Of a DNA stretch of 64,000 nucleotides, positions 9,516 to 18,852 are shown piece by piece. The DNA comes from an uncultured Ruminococcus sp. (GTDB lineage Bacteria; Bacillota; Clostridia; Oscillospirales; CAG-382): NCBI GenBank assembly GCA_964549435.1, contig CAZJVB010000006.1, forward strand, positions 263-64,262, given 5' to 3'. A program made the position numbers and the translations under genes. The notes beneath the pieces are model-generated. The model had not been told where the DNA came from. It worked only from the letters and a program-made list of their open reading frames with translations, and did no database searches. Within the stretch, counting starts at the first letter, position 1. The number at the start of each line of letters is the position of its first letter.

Positions 9516-10747
9516 TCCCCGTTTCCAAGTTGTCCGCGAAGCAGATCGCCTGCTTTTGCGTTGTCGATCCGCAGATAGAATTCCATTCTCGGATGGCGGG
9601 TATCCGGAATCGGATTGCCCTGTAAATCGAATAGTTCCCCGATACAGAGATCCCGCCCGATGGTACCGGGGGAAAGAAGATTTGCCGGGTCTCCGGTTGT
9701 CATCTTGTTGTATTGTGTACAGCGAGCAAGCTTTGTCTGCGGATCGTAATCGTTGATCACACAAAGAAAGGCACGGTCCTTCAGATACAGGTTGTCCGAT
9801 ACGGTATTGGCGTCCGCTGCAGGGGTGGAAAAGAAGTAGCCGGTTCCGTATTCACGATGGGAAACGCTTTCTGTTTCCGTGCGGTAGGCAGGATTGAACG
9901 GTTTTCCGGCAAAATAGTCGTTCAATGCCATGCGGTAGGCGTTGGTGATTGAAGCGGCATAATAAGCGCTCTTCACTCGTCCTTCGATTTTGAAGGAGTC
10001 CAGTCCCGCTTCGCAGAGCGCGCCGATGTGCTCGATCATGCAGAGATCACGGGAGGAGAACAGGTAAGTGCCGTTTTCATCCTGTTCGGCAGTCAGAATA
10101 TCCCCGGGGCGCTTTTCCTCATAGAGATGGTATTTCCAGCGGCAGGGCTGCGCGCAGCAGCCGCCGTTGGCGTTCCGGTCGGCGAAGTAATTGGAAAGCA
10201 GACAGCGACCCGAATAGGACACGCACATTGCGCCGTGGACGAAGACCTCCAGCTCCAAATCCTCAGGAACCGAGGCACGGATACAGCGGATTTCCTCCAG
10301 CGAAAGCTCCCGCGCGAGTACAATGCGGCGAATTCCCTGCCGGTACCAGAATCGGCAGGCAGCAGCATTGACCGTGCTGACTTGTGTGGAAAGGTGAATT
10401 TCCGGGTGATCGGCAATTTCGTTCAGGCAGTCGATCACACCGGGGTCGGAAACGATATAGGCGTCCGGCTGCAACGAGTCCGCCATCTCGATAAAATCCG
10501 GCAGCAAGGAAAATTCTTGCTCATGAGGCATGGTATTGACCGTCAGGTAGACCTTTTTGCCTTTGCTGTGAGCATAGTCAATGCCGGCGCGCAGCTCCTC
10601 CGGTGTGAAGTTATCGGATGCCCGCCGCATGCCGAACCGCTCCAGCGCGCAGTAAACAGCATCTGCCCCGTAATCTACTGCGAAACGCAATTTTTCCGGA
10701 CTGCCTGCCGGTGACAGGAGTTCCGGCATCTTTCTTGTTTTAATCAT
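9512..10747 (-). CDS. peptidase U32 family protein (YrrO/TrhP-like)
   Basis: PELLSPAGS N-terminus and the U32 signature ELEVFVHGAMCVSYSGRCLLSNY. Start is ATG 10747 (8-nt overlap with the mltG stop) or ATG 10729. The longer track ORF overlaps mltG. Confidence 0.85.
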   Translation of the reverse strand: MIKTRKMPELLSPAGSPEKLRFAVDYGADAVYCALERFGMRRASDNFTPEELRAGIDYAHSKGKKVYLTVNTMPHEQEFSLLPDFIEMADSLQPDAYIVSDPGVIDCLNEIADHPEIHLSTQVSTVNAAACRFWYRQGIRRIVLARELSLEEIRCIRASVPEDLELEVFVHGAMCVSYSGRCLLSNYFADRNANGGCCAQPCRWKYHLYEEKRPGDILTAEQDENGTYLFSSRDLCMIEHIGALCEAGLDSFKIEGRVKSAYYAASITNAYRMALNDYFAGKPFNPAYRTETESVSHREYGTGYFFSTPAADANTVSDNLYLKDRAFLCVINDYDPQTKLARCTQYNKMTTGDPANLLSPGTIGRDLCIGELFDLQGNPIPDTRHPRMEFYLRIDNAKAGDLLRGQLGNGE

Positions 10748-12311
10748 TGTTCCCCGCTGCAGCTGCTTCATTTTCGCGCTTGACACGTTCCTTATTATTT
10801 TCGTGTCCGGAAATAGTTGCTGCGTAGTACGTTTTTCCCGCGTTGTTGCTGACAAAGAAATACGCCTTGATTTCTTTACCATTTTCATCGAGCGGAGGAG
10901 AGGGATAGATCGCGGCGAGAATAGCGTCCAGACCGGCATTGCAGATGGCACCGGGGGGCAGCCCATCGTACAGATACGTATTGTAAGGGCTGTCAAAGTT
11001 GACGTCAATCTGGGAGGCATCCTGTATACGGTCCTGTCCTGCTAACTGGTATGCATACTGGATGGTAGCGTCGCTTTCCAGCTTGGGGAAATTGTCGGAA
11101 TGACTCAGACGGTTATGGAATACGTAGGAGATGCACTCAAAATCTTCGGCGGTTTTCCCTTCCGCTTCTACCATGGAGGCAAGCGTCACGATATCGTCCA
11201 GCGTAAAACCTTCCGCCTCACAAATTTCGGAATAGGTGACCTTCCAATCCAGCCAAACCTTATCGTTGAAGTTGTTCAGCAGCTTGTTAATCGCGAGATA
11301 TTCTTCAGTATCGGTATAAAAGTCGTAGGTATCCGGGTATAGGTACCCCTCCAGCCGGTAAACGCGATCCTCCGGCCAGCCGTTTTCGTCCAGCAGACGC
11401 ACGAATTCATGCTTATAGGGATATTCGTTGATCGCTTCGATAAATCCTTCTCTTGTACCGATACCGTTTTCTACAAACAGGTCGATGATATCATCCACCG
11501 TATAGCCCTCCGGGAAGGTCAGCGTAACAATTTTACGCGCTTGGTAGGTGGTAGTCAGGGCATTGAGCAGCTGCGAATAGTTCATGTTGGTATTGAGTGT
11601 ATGCTCCCCGGCAATGAATTGCAGGGCTTCTCCGTCCCCGTAATGCTGCATGAATAGGGAAAACACCCACTTATATTCGATCAATCCGTTTTCAAACAGC
11701 AGCTCCGTAACCTCTTCTTCCGTCGCATTTTCCGGCAGCGTGATCTTGATTTCCGCAGAACCGGTCACCAGTGCGAACAGATCGTTACCGATGGAGATAA
11801 CAAAATAGGAGAGATAGGCAGCGACAATCAGAACTACGACGATGTAGAGCACTGCTTTTGCTAGAAAGCTGGTATTGGCAAAAAAAGTGCAGACGCGTTT
11901 GAAAATCCTTCCAGGACGCGAAAGCATGGCATCGCTATCCGCCGCATCGTCTTCCTCCTTCTCTTCTTCCTCCGGATCGGGCGGCTCTGCGCCGGAAAGA
12001 TCGGTGAAGTGAGAGGAGGCACCGCTGTTACCGTCGAGGGCGTCCTCCGCTTCTGAAAAGTGAAGCGCGATCGCTTCATCCTCGGCGGTCGCTTCCTGTG
12101 CAGAGCCGTCGGGGATAACCGGCGTTTCGTCGGTATCAGACAGGACCGTAGGGGAAGGAGAGGATTTCGGTTCGATCGCTACGGTGGCGGTCAGGTCCGT
12201 TTCGGAAGGTTCGGCTTCGTTCGAAGCAGGCAACTCCGATGCCTTTTTTGAGCGGTATTCGTCCAGGATTTCCGCTAGCTCGTCGGTTTTAGAAAGACGG
12301 TCGTCATTCAT
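10740..12311 (-). CDS. mltG: endolytic murein transglycosylase MltG (YceG family) with long acidic N-terminal region
   Basis: 523 aa. Strong SD (AAGGAGG) before ATG 12311. Single TM, then a YceG domain (TLASMVEAEG, LPPGAICNAGLDAILAAIYP). Confidence 0.88.
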   Translation of the reverse strand: MNDDRLSKTDELAEILDEYRSKKASELPASNEAEPSETDLTATVAIEPKSSPSPTVLSDTDETPVIPDGSAQEATAEDEAIALHFSEAEDALDGNSGASSHFTDLSGAEPPDPEEEEKEEDDAADSDAMLSRPGRIFKRVCTFFANTSFLAKAVLYIVVVLIVAAYLSYFVISIGNDLFALVTGSAEIKITLPENATEEEVTELLFENGLIEYKWVFSLFMQHYGDGEALQFIAGEHTLNTNMNYSQLLNALTTTYQARKIVTLTFPEGYTVDDIIDLFVENGIGTREGFIEAINEYPYKHEFVRLLDENGWPEDRVYRLEGYLYPDTYDFYTDTEEYLAINKLLNNFNDKVWLDWKVTYSEICEAEGFTLDDIVTLASMVEAEGKTAEDFECISYVFHNRLSHSDNFPKLESDATIQYAYQLAGQDRIQDASQIDVNFDSPYNTYLYDGLPPGAICNAGLDAILAAIYPSPPLDENGKEIKAYFFVSNNAGKTYYAATISGHENNKERVKRENEAAAAGNND

Positions 12312-12326
12312 CGGAAAACTACCTCC

Positions 12327-13259
12327 TTAGTTAAGCATCGTGATCACAACAAAAACGGCGATCAGAGCGAGAAACGTGGGGGAAAGAAAAACCTTCAGGA
12401 AGGAATTCCGGCTTTTCGGCGGCAGGGCTTTGATCGGCGGGGAAATCGCATACCGTAAAAACAGGTGTTCAATACTGTACAGCAGCAGGAAGATAGTGAA
12501 GCCGAACAGAACGATCAGGAGAAAGCCGACGAAAAAAGCACCGTTTTTTTGCATGATAATGCGCAGAAATTGATCGGAAGCGTATACGCTTAGAACATTG
12601 CTGAGCAGGTGCAGGATCATGGCGGGAATAACGGAACGGGAAACCGCAGTTACAACACCCAGCAAAAGCCCGGCGAACAAATAGACCGGAAAGTTGGTAA
12701 CGGAGAAGTGAAGCATTGCAAAGCAGATCGCGGAAATCAGAATCGCATTTCCTTCTCCCAAGGAACGATATTCCGCAAGCACGACGCCGCGGAAAAACAA
12801 TTCTTCGCAGACGGCGGGGATGATGACCATGGAAAGCAGGACGCCTGCAAAGGAGGCATCCGATTCCCCGGCGGAAAGTCCGGCAAAGAAACCGCTCGTA
12901 TCGACTGTGCGGGAAGCGATTGCCTGATAGCCGAATTTAATCAGAAGGCTGCCCAGAAGCAGAGTCAGTGCAGAGAAGACGGTCAGTGTGATGTGCCGCA
13001 AACCGATCGGAGACAAAAGCATCGGGGAGGAGAGCTTCCGTCCCTTCAGCAGGTAATATAGCATGCAAGGCAGCACCAGCACCAATAACTGGATCACTGA
13101 GATACTCAGAAACAGATTGGAAGCGGTTTCCGCTCCCGCGAGGATATAGCGGGACAGGTGCATGGCTGTCAGAACAAAAATAACCAGCAGTGGGGTTGTC
13201 ATCTGCGGGGCATTCCATTTTACACCCGCACGGCTTCTGCCGGAGAGCTCGTCTTCCAT
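12327..13259 (-). CDS. CPBP family intramembrane metalloprotease (CAAX-protease-like)
   Basis: Multi-TM protein with EELFFRG and HLLSN motifs. Start taken at ATG 13259 (MEDELSG), preceded by AGGAAGGA. The track start at 13283 is a TTG. Confidence 0.8.
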   Translation of the reverse strand: MEDELSGRSRAGVKWNAPQMTTPLLVIFVLTAMHLSRYILAGAETASNLFLSISVIQLLVLVLPCMLYYLLKGRKLSSPMLLSPIGLRHITLTVFSALTLLLGSLLIKFGYQAIASRTVDTSGFFAGLSAGESDASFAGVLLSMVIIPAVCEELFFRGVVLAEYRSLGEGNAILISAICFAMLHFSVTNFPVYLFAGLLLGVVTAVSRSVIPAMILHLLSNVLSVYASDQFLRIIMQKNGAFFVGFLLIVLFGFTIFLLLYSIEHLFLRYAISPPIKALPPKSRNSFLKVFLSPTFLALIAVFVVITMLN

Positions 13260-13295
13260 GAAATCACCGTCCTTCCTCTGCAAAATGGGATCTAC

Positions 13296-13844
13296 TTATT
13301 CAAAGCGGGTTTGCTCCCGCAGTTCGTTTGCACGTTCGCTGCCAAACAGCAGCTCGATCAGCTTGAAGCCGAAGGAGAAGGAAACTCCCATCCCTTCACC
13401 GGTGATGAAAATATCGTCGTGCTCGATTTTCTTTCCGGTGCGGATGCCATCGGGAATGTTCTTTTCAAAGCCGGGGTAGCAGGCGTAGCGTCTGCCGTCC
13501 AGCAAACCCATGTCGCCTAAAACGGAGGGCGCTGCGCAGATTGCCGCGACATAAAGTCCGTTTTCGGCTGCATACTGCACGAGACCGCGCACTTTGGCGC
13601 TTTCACCAAGCAGTTCGGTGCCGCGGGAGCCACCCGGCAGCATCACGCAATTCAGACTGGTTCTGTCCACCTCGTCAATGGAGCAGTCTGCATGTATGCA
13701 CATGCCGTGCGCGCCGGTAACCGTTTCGCTGCCGTCGATGGACGCCAGCAATACATTCGCGCCTGCACGGCGCAGCAGATCGGCGGGGACCAGTGCCTCC
13801 GCTTCTTCAAACCCCTCTGCAAGCAGAATGGAAACTCGTATCAT
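13296..13844 (-). CDS. DJ-1/PfpI family protein
   Basis: 182 aa. MIRVSILLAEGFEEAEAL N-terminus and the nucleophile-elbow AAICAAP motif. Confidence 0.85.
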   Translation of the reverse strand: MIRVSILLAEGFEEAEALVPADLLRRAGANVLLASIDGSETVTGAHGMCIHADCSIDEVDRTSLNCVMLPGGSRGTELLGESAKVRGLVQYAAENGLYVAAICAAPSVLGDMGLLDGRRYACYPGFEKNIPDGIRTGKKIEHDDIFITGEGMGVSFSFGFKLIELLFGSERANELREQTRFE

Positions 13845-13888
13845 AGCTTTCTATACCGTACCTTTCTTGACATTTTTGCCGTCAATGC

Positions 13889-14575
13889 TCAGAATCCGAG
13901 CAATTTGCCGACATATCCGAGCAGCTCGCGGTGAATCTCTTCCCGTGTGCGGAACTGTGTCCCGGAAGCGGTTGTGCAGTCAATGTTTGTCCAACCGCAT
14001 TTTTTTGCAGAATACAATGCTGCGCGGTAACTGTTTTGCAGATGCGTAAGGTTTTTTTCATGAATATCGGCGCATCGTCCGGTTGCCGCGGAGCGGCTTT
14101 GTACCGAACGCTCGGAAAACGCCGGCGGAACGCAGAGATACAGCACAAGATCCGGCTCCGGCAAAGAGAGCTTTCCGAACTCAAAGTCAAAAAGCCAATC
14201 CAAAAAGGAATCGTATTGCTCCGGAGGCAGCTTGGAAAGCTGATGCACGGCATTGGCAGTGGTGTAGCGGTTGGCAAGAATGACCGTCCCTGCTTCGTAG
14301 TCCTTTTTCCAGTCCAGTTGGTAGGAGCAATAGCGGTCGATCGCATAAAAGCTGGAGGCAGCATATCCGTTAACGGTATTCGGATCCTCTCCGAAGCGAC
14401 CGCTTAAATACAGGTTGACTGCAGCGCTCATTTCTCTGTTATAAGTCGGAAAGCTGACCGTGCGGCAGGGGATGCCTTTTTCCGTCAAGGCGAGTTCCAG
14501 CAGCCGCGTCTGGGTTTCCTTGCCGGATCCGTCCAATCCATCCAGTGCGATCAGGGTTTTGCCTCTTTCCTGCAA
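13889..14575 (-). CDS. thymidylate kinase-family protein with divergent P-loop
   Basis: 228 aa with a Tmk-like N-terminus LIALDGLDGSGKETQ. TTG start at 14575 with AAAGGAGG 9 nt upstream. Walker A reads GKE rather than GKT/S. Confidence 0.6.
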   Translation of the reverse strand: MQERGKTLIALDGLDGSGKETQTRLLELALTEKGIPCRTVSFPTYNREMSAAVNLYLSGRFGEDPNTVNGYAASSFYAIDRYCSYQLDWKKDYEAGTVILANRYTTANAVHQLSKLPPEQYDSFLDWLFDFEFGKLSLPEPDLVLYLCVPPAFSERSVQSRSAATGRCADIHEKNLTHLQNSYRAALYSAKKCGWTNIDCTTASGTQFRTREEIHRELLGYVGKLLGF

Positions 14576-14689
14576 CCTGTCCCGCCTCCTTTCCGCATGC
14601 GTCTAAAAACAACAGCATATTCTAAGTACCTTATTATATCACCTTGCCTTTCAGATTGCAAGTCTTTGCGGGAAAATTTCAAAAAACGG

Positions 14690-14726
14690 CAACAGAAAAA
14701 GGCAGGGAGCCTTGACGGCTCCCTGC
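14690..14726 (-). terminator. rho-independent terminator downstream of the CapA-like gene
   Basis: 10-bp GC-rich stem GCAGGGAGCC/GGCTCCCTGC (14702-14711 / 14717-14726), 5-nt loop, followed on the minus strand by CTTTTTCTGTT. Confidence 0.7.
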
Positions 14727-14754
14727 AGGGATGTTTATGCGCGGCATTGCTTTC

Positions 14755-16077
14755 TTATTGATAGCTTTCCGGAAGGAATTCCGCCGGAATGATGCGCTTG
14801 ACTGTATTGATCAGATTCTCCAAACTGAAGCCGCCGCCGTAGAGCGTGGTGGTGCCCTGTCTCTTTTCGTACCAGACGACGCCGTGCTGCGCGGCAAGCT
14901 CCTCGGTATAATCAGTCAGTTCATACAGCTTGAAGTTGCGGTATCCCGTATCATTGCGGGCTACGGTGCTTTCCTTGGTATAATGCAGGACAATCGGAGT
15001 GAACAGCGGATCCTCGATCGTGATTTTGCCGGTATCGACACTTTTTCGTACGTTGAAGGAAAGCATGCCTTCCAAAACATTGAGTGCGCCCTGCATGCCG
15101 GAAACAAAGTTGCCAAGCGAGTAGGTCAGAAGCATCCTGTGACCGTCCTCCCTTTCCATCCATTCCATCGGCTGCAGGCAGTGTGAATGCATGCCGATCA
15201 CCACGTCCACGCCCAACTCGCAGAACAGGTTTGCGTAATATTTCTGCGTGGAATTGGGCGTGTAGGAATCCTCGTCACCCCAGTGCGCAGAAACGATCAC
15301 CACATCCGCCTGTTCCTTTGCCAGCGCAACCTGGCGGCGGATCAAAGCATCCTCAAAATAGGGAATATAGGTTTGGGAACGGCAGACGATGCCGTTGGTG
15401 GAATATGTATAAGGCAGGAAAGCGAAGGTGATTCCTTGCTCCTCATAGAGAACGATATTATTCGTATCCGCTTCGTTTTCGTAGTAACCCAGCGGCGTCA
15501 TGCCTAAGGAAGCAAAAAAACTGTCCGAATGGATAAGGAAGCTGTCGTCGCCGGCGTCCAGCATATGGTTGTGGGCCATATTGATGATGTCGACGCCGAG
15601 CATCTTGAGCGTCATGCCCACCGCTTCCGGAGAATTAAATTTCGGATAGCCTTCAATGTCGGTGCCGGTACCGCCGGACAGTGTCTCCTGATTGACGTAG
15701 CAGATATCCGCGTTTTTCATTGCGTCTGCCACATTCTCATAGATAGGCAGAAAGTTGTAATTGGCTTCATTGGTAGCGGCGTAGGTGCAGGTTTCATCAT
15801 GCTCGGCGGCATAGCATTCCATCGCGTAATAATATACAGACGGATGGATCAGGTTATCTCCGCAGGCGAGGATACTGACGACGGTATCTTCCGGAAGCGG
15901 AATGACCGAACTGCCGGAGGTCCCGGTTTCAACGGTGCTGCTTGTTTCGGAGAGATCGCCGGAGCTTGTATGCGGCTGGCTGACGCCGGGCTGTTCGGAA
16001 ACGGAGCAGCTGTAGGTGAACAGTAGAATGAGCAACAGCAAAAACAGCAGCGCAGTAAAATATCTGTATTTGCGCAT
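14755..16077 (-). CDS. CapA family (PGA_cap, metallophosphatase-like) lipoprotein
   Basis: 440 aa. Signal peptide with lipobox-like LFTYSCS. Motifs ACGDNLIH, MAHNHMLD and SAHWGDE are typical of CapA/YwtB-type proteins. Confidence 0.8.
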   Translation of the reverse strand: MRKYRYFTALLFLLLLILLFTYSCSVSEQPGVSQPHTSSGDLSETSSTVETGTSGSSVIPLPEDTVVSILACGDNLIHPSVYYYAMECYAAEHDETCTYAATNEANYNFLPIYENVADAMKNADICYVNQETLSGGTGTDIEGYPKFNSPEAVGMTLKMLGVDIINMAHNHMLDAGDDSFLIHSDSFFASLGMTPLGYYENEADTNNIVLYEEQGITFAFLPYTYSTNGIVCRSQTYIPYFEDALIRRQVALAKEQADVVIVSAHWGDEDSYTPNSTQKYYANLFCELGVDVVIGMHSHCLQPMEWMEREDGHRMLLTYSLGNFVSGMQGALNVLEGMLSFNVRKSVDTGKITIEDPLFTPIVLHYTKESTVARNDTGYRNFKLYELTDYTEELAAQHGVVWYEKRQGTTTLYGGGFSLENLINTVKRIIPAEFLPESYQ

Positions 16078-16208
16078 GGGTGATCCCCTTTCAAAAACAT
16101 CCTGTGTTTTTTCATTTCTTGAAATGTCAGATTGCTTTTTACTTCCACAGTATACCAGTCTTTCCGCTAAAAGTCAAGTGAAAAATGCGCCGCTGCCGTA
16201 CGGATGAC

Positions 16209-17480
16209 TCAAACGGCCGTCCAACTGCTGAACATTCCTTGTGCGCGTTCATCGCATCTTGCGGTCAGTCTGGTTCCATCCGGCGTATATTCCGTCTCCA
16301 GTACCGTTGCAAAGCGGTAAACATCAGATATGCGGTCGGTATCTCTGTGTGGAAAGAACAGGGTGAGTGTTTTTTTGCCGCTGTTTAGCATATCGTCCAG
16401 TCGGAAGAGAAGGGAATCGATTCCCTGACCGGTAGCAGCTGATAGTTCCAGTACGTTTCCCGGAAACAGGGCGCGATCCGTGTCGGGGACGCAATCTATT
16501 TTATTGTAAATCTCCAGAAGTGGCTTGCTTGCCGCGCCCAACTCCTCGATGAGCTTTTCTGTCACCGCACGCTTGCGGCTGCGTTCCTCTGGGGGTTCGG
16601 AAGCATCTGTCAGGCAAAGGATCAGGTCGCAATAAGTCAGTTCTTCCAGAGTGGAACGGAAGGCGCGAACCAGATGGGTAGGCAGCCGGTCGATAAAACC
16701 GACCGTATCGGTCAGGAGCAGCTCGGTACCGCTCGGCAATGTCATCCGGCGGGTGGTGGGATCTAATGTGGCGAATAGCTTGTCCTCGGCGAGGATGCCG
16801 GCGTCGGTCAGGCGGTTCAGCAGAGTGGATTTACCGGCATTGGTGTAGCCGATGATGGCGGCAGTCGGCAGACCGGAGCGCATGCGCTGCGAACGGTTGA
16901 CGGTACGGGTACGCTCCAACTCCTCCAGTTCTTCCGTCAATGCTTCGATGCGGCGCCGAATATGTCTTCGATCGCTTTCCAGCTTACTTTCTCCGGGACC
17001 GCGGCTACCGATACCACCGCCCTGCCGGGAAAGCGCCTTACCCTGACCGATCAGTCGGGGAGCAGTATAGCGCAGGCAGGCAATTTCCACCTGCAGCTTT
17101 CCCTCTCCTGTGGCTGCATGAAGTGCGAAGATGTCCAGAATCAGCATGGTGCGGTCAATCACTCGGATCTTCAGAAGCTCCTCTACCTCTGCAATCTGGG
17201 AGGGGGAAAGTTCGTTATCGAATACGGCGAGCGTAATTGACGGGTCCGATGAAAGCGTCTTTGCGATCTCTTCACATTTCCCGCTGCCGATATAGGTTGC
17301 CTTGTCCGGCTTGGAACGGTTTTGCAATACGGTAAATGCCACTTCGCCGCCGGCGGTTTCGAGCAGCTGCGCAAGCTCGTTCAGAGAGGTTTCGCATGCC
17401 GCCTCCGTCCTTCCGAGAGAAGCGGCAATCAGAACTGCGCGCGTCGGTTCTTCTTTTTGCAGAAGTATCTTTTCTTTCAT
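16209..17480 (-). CDS. hflX: GTPase HflX
   Basis: G1 GYTNAGKSTLLN and G3 DTVGFI motifs, plus the HflX N-terminal domain. Start taken at ATG 17480 (MKEKILL). The track start at 17486 is a TTG. Confidence 0.92.
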   Translation of the reverse strand: MKEKILLQKEEPTRAVLIAASLGRTEAACETSLNELAQLLETAGGEVAFTVLQNRSKPDKATYIGSGKCEEIAKTLSSDPSITLAVFDNELSPSQIAEVEELLKIRVIDRTMLILDIFALHAATGEGKLQVEIACLRYTAPRLIGQGKALSRQGGGIGSRGPGESKLESDRRHIRRRIEALTEELEELERTRTVNRSQRMRSGLPTAAIIGYTNAGKSTLLNRLTDAGILAEDKLFATLDPTTRRMTLPSGTELLLTDTVGFIDRLPTHLVRAFRSTLEELTYCDLILCLTDASEPPEERSRKRAVTEKLIEELGAASKPLLEIYNKIDCVPDTDRALFPGNVLELSAATGQGIDSLLFRLDDMLNSGKKTLTLFFPHRDTDRISDVYRFATVLETEYTPDGTRLTARCDERAQGMFSSWTAV

Positions 17481-17511
17481 ATTCAAGTATCATCCTTTCT
17501 TTGAAAAAGGG

Positions 17512-17546
17512 CAAAAAAATGCAGCGCACATTTATCCGTGCGCCGC
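17512..17546 (-). terminator. rho-independent terminator downstream of rpmE
   Basis: On the minus strand: stem GCGGCGCAC/GTGCGCTGC (17538-17546 / 17521-17529), 8-nt loop, followed by ATTTTTTTG. Confidence 0.75.
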
Positions 17547-17563
17547 AGCTTTTGCTGTGAAAA

Positions 17564-17764
17564 TCAGTCGAGGTTGAATTTCTTCTTGAATTTGTCAACA
17601 CGTCCGCCGGCATCGACAAACTTCTGTTTGCCGGTAAAGAACGGATGGCATTTCGAGCAGATATCGACCTTGAGGTTTTCCTTGACGGATTTGGTTTGGT
17701 AGACCGCACCGCAAGCGCAGGTAATGGTAGTGGTTTTGTATTCGGGATGGATGCCCTGTTTCAT
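17564..17764 (-). CDS. rpmE: 50S ribosomal protein L31 (Cys-containing type A)
   Basis: 66 aa, [19 protein letters not shown]...[13 protein letters not shown], a textbook L31 sequence. Confidence 0.96.
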   Translation of the reverse strand: MKQGIHPEYKTTTITCACGAVYQTKSVKENLKVDICSKCHPFFTGKQKFVDAGGRVDKFKKKFNLD

Positions 17765-17833
17765 GATGGTTGCCCTCGCTTTCTTCGCGGATCCGACATT
17801 TCCAACGCCGGATCAATATTTTTTGCATCTCGC

Positions 17834-17862
17834 AGTATACCATACCTTTTTCGGAAAATCAA
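17834..17862 (-). promoter_or_regulatory. sigma-A-like promoter for rpmE
   Basis: Minus strand reads TTGATT-17 nt-TATACT, about 70 nt upstream of the rpmE ATG. Confidence 0.45.
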
Positions 17863-17894
17863 GACCCTTTTTTGAATTTTTCCCTGCTTATATC

Positions 17895-17923
17895 TTGATT
17901 TTTTGCCGTATCCTTGGTAGAAT
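17895..17923 (+). promoter_or_regulatory. sigma-A-like promoter for the MBL hydrolase/queA unit
   Basis: TTGATT (17895-17900)-17 nt-TAGAAT (17918-17923), about 58 nt upstream of ATG 17981. Confidence 0.4.
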
Positions 17924-17980
17924 AAGCGAAAAGAAGCCGTTGCAAATCAAAATTTGAACGACGATGGATGGAGCTTTGCT

Positions 17981-18817
17981 ATGAAACTGACTTATTTGGG
18001 AACCTCCGCGGCTGAGGGCTGGCCGGCGCTGTTCTGCCGCTGCGAATACTGCCGCAAGGCGCTGGAAAGGGGCGGGCGCAACCTGCGCACCCGTTCTCAG
18101 GCGATTGTGAATGACGATCTGCTGCTGGATTTTCCCGGGGATTCCCTTTCCCATATGCAGAAGAACGGTCTGGATTTTTCGGCTGTTCGTTGGCTGCTTG
18201 TCACCCATTCCCATATGGATCATTTTTCTCCGTGCGACCTGCATTTGCGACCTGACGGCTATTATTCGCATAATCGGACATCGGCTGCCATGGAGCTTTA
18301 CGGAAATGAACGGGTACTGCAGCTTCTGGAGAAGGAGCGCGCAACCCGCCCGGAGGAGCCGAACGATCCTGATGTTTATCCGCATCTGGCAGTTGCGTAT
18401 GAATCGTTCGACTGCGGAAAATACCGCGTCACGCCGCTGCCTGCTAATCATGACGAGAACGAAACTCCCTTTGTCTATCTGATTGAAGCGGACGGTAAGG
18501 CGATGCTGTATCTGCACGACACCGGATTGCTTTGCGACGGGGTTTACGATTATCTGCAGACGCATCAGGTGCGTGCGGATCTGGTTTCGTATGACTGTAC
18601 CTTTGTGACGCTTCCGTCCGGCGGCGGGCACCTTGGGCTGGATTCCTGTCCGCTGGTCCGTTCCCGGTTGGAATCGATCGGTGTTTCTGATGAGAGGACG
18701 ATTTCCGTCCTGAACCATTTTTCCCATAACGGCGGTCTGATTTACGATGAATTGGTTCCGGTGGCGGAGAAGGCGGGCTTTTTAGTTGCCTATGACGGTA
18801 TGAAGGTTGAATTTTAA
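17981..18817 (+). CDS. MBL-fold metallo-hydrolase
   Basis: Start MKLTYLGTSAAEG at ATG 17981. HSHMDH (HxHxDH) metallo-beta-lactamase motif. An N-terminal CRCEYC cysteine cluster resembles PhnP-type enzymes. Confidence 0.8.
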   Translation: MKLTYLGTSAAEGWPALFCRCEYCRKALERGGRNLRTRSQAIVNDDLLLDFPGDSLSHMQKNGLDFSAVRWLLVTHSHMDHFSPCDLHLRPDGYYSHNRTSAAMELYGNERVLQLLEKERATRPEEPNDPDVYPHLAVAYESFDCGKYRVTPLPANHDENETPFVYLIEADGKAMLYLHDTGLLCDGVYDYLQTHQVRADLVSYDCTFVTLPSGGGHLGLDSCPLVRSRLESIGVSDERTISVLNHFSHNGGLIYDELVPVAEKAGFLVAYDGMKVEF

Positions 18818-18852
18818 GAATGGGGCAGGAGATGGATACGGAGCGGAAACAG

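Noticed and set aside
17765-17980. Clean switch from all-minus (0-17.8 kb) to all-plus (17.9-34.5 kb) genes, a pattern expected at a replication origin.
   Set aside because: There are no DnaA boxes (TTATCCACA or its complement), no dnaA/dnaN, and no AT-rich unwinding element. The region is explained by two ordinary divergent promoters.
17888-18727. 279-aa ORF antisense to the MBL hydrolase gene.
   Set aside because: It has R/Q/I-rich, low-information composition and no SD. The opposite strand carries the HxHxDH motif and fits the operon context. This is a typical shadow ORF in GC-rich coding DNA.
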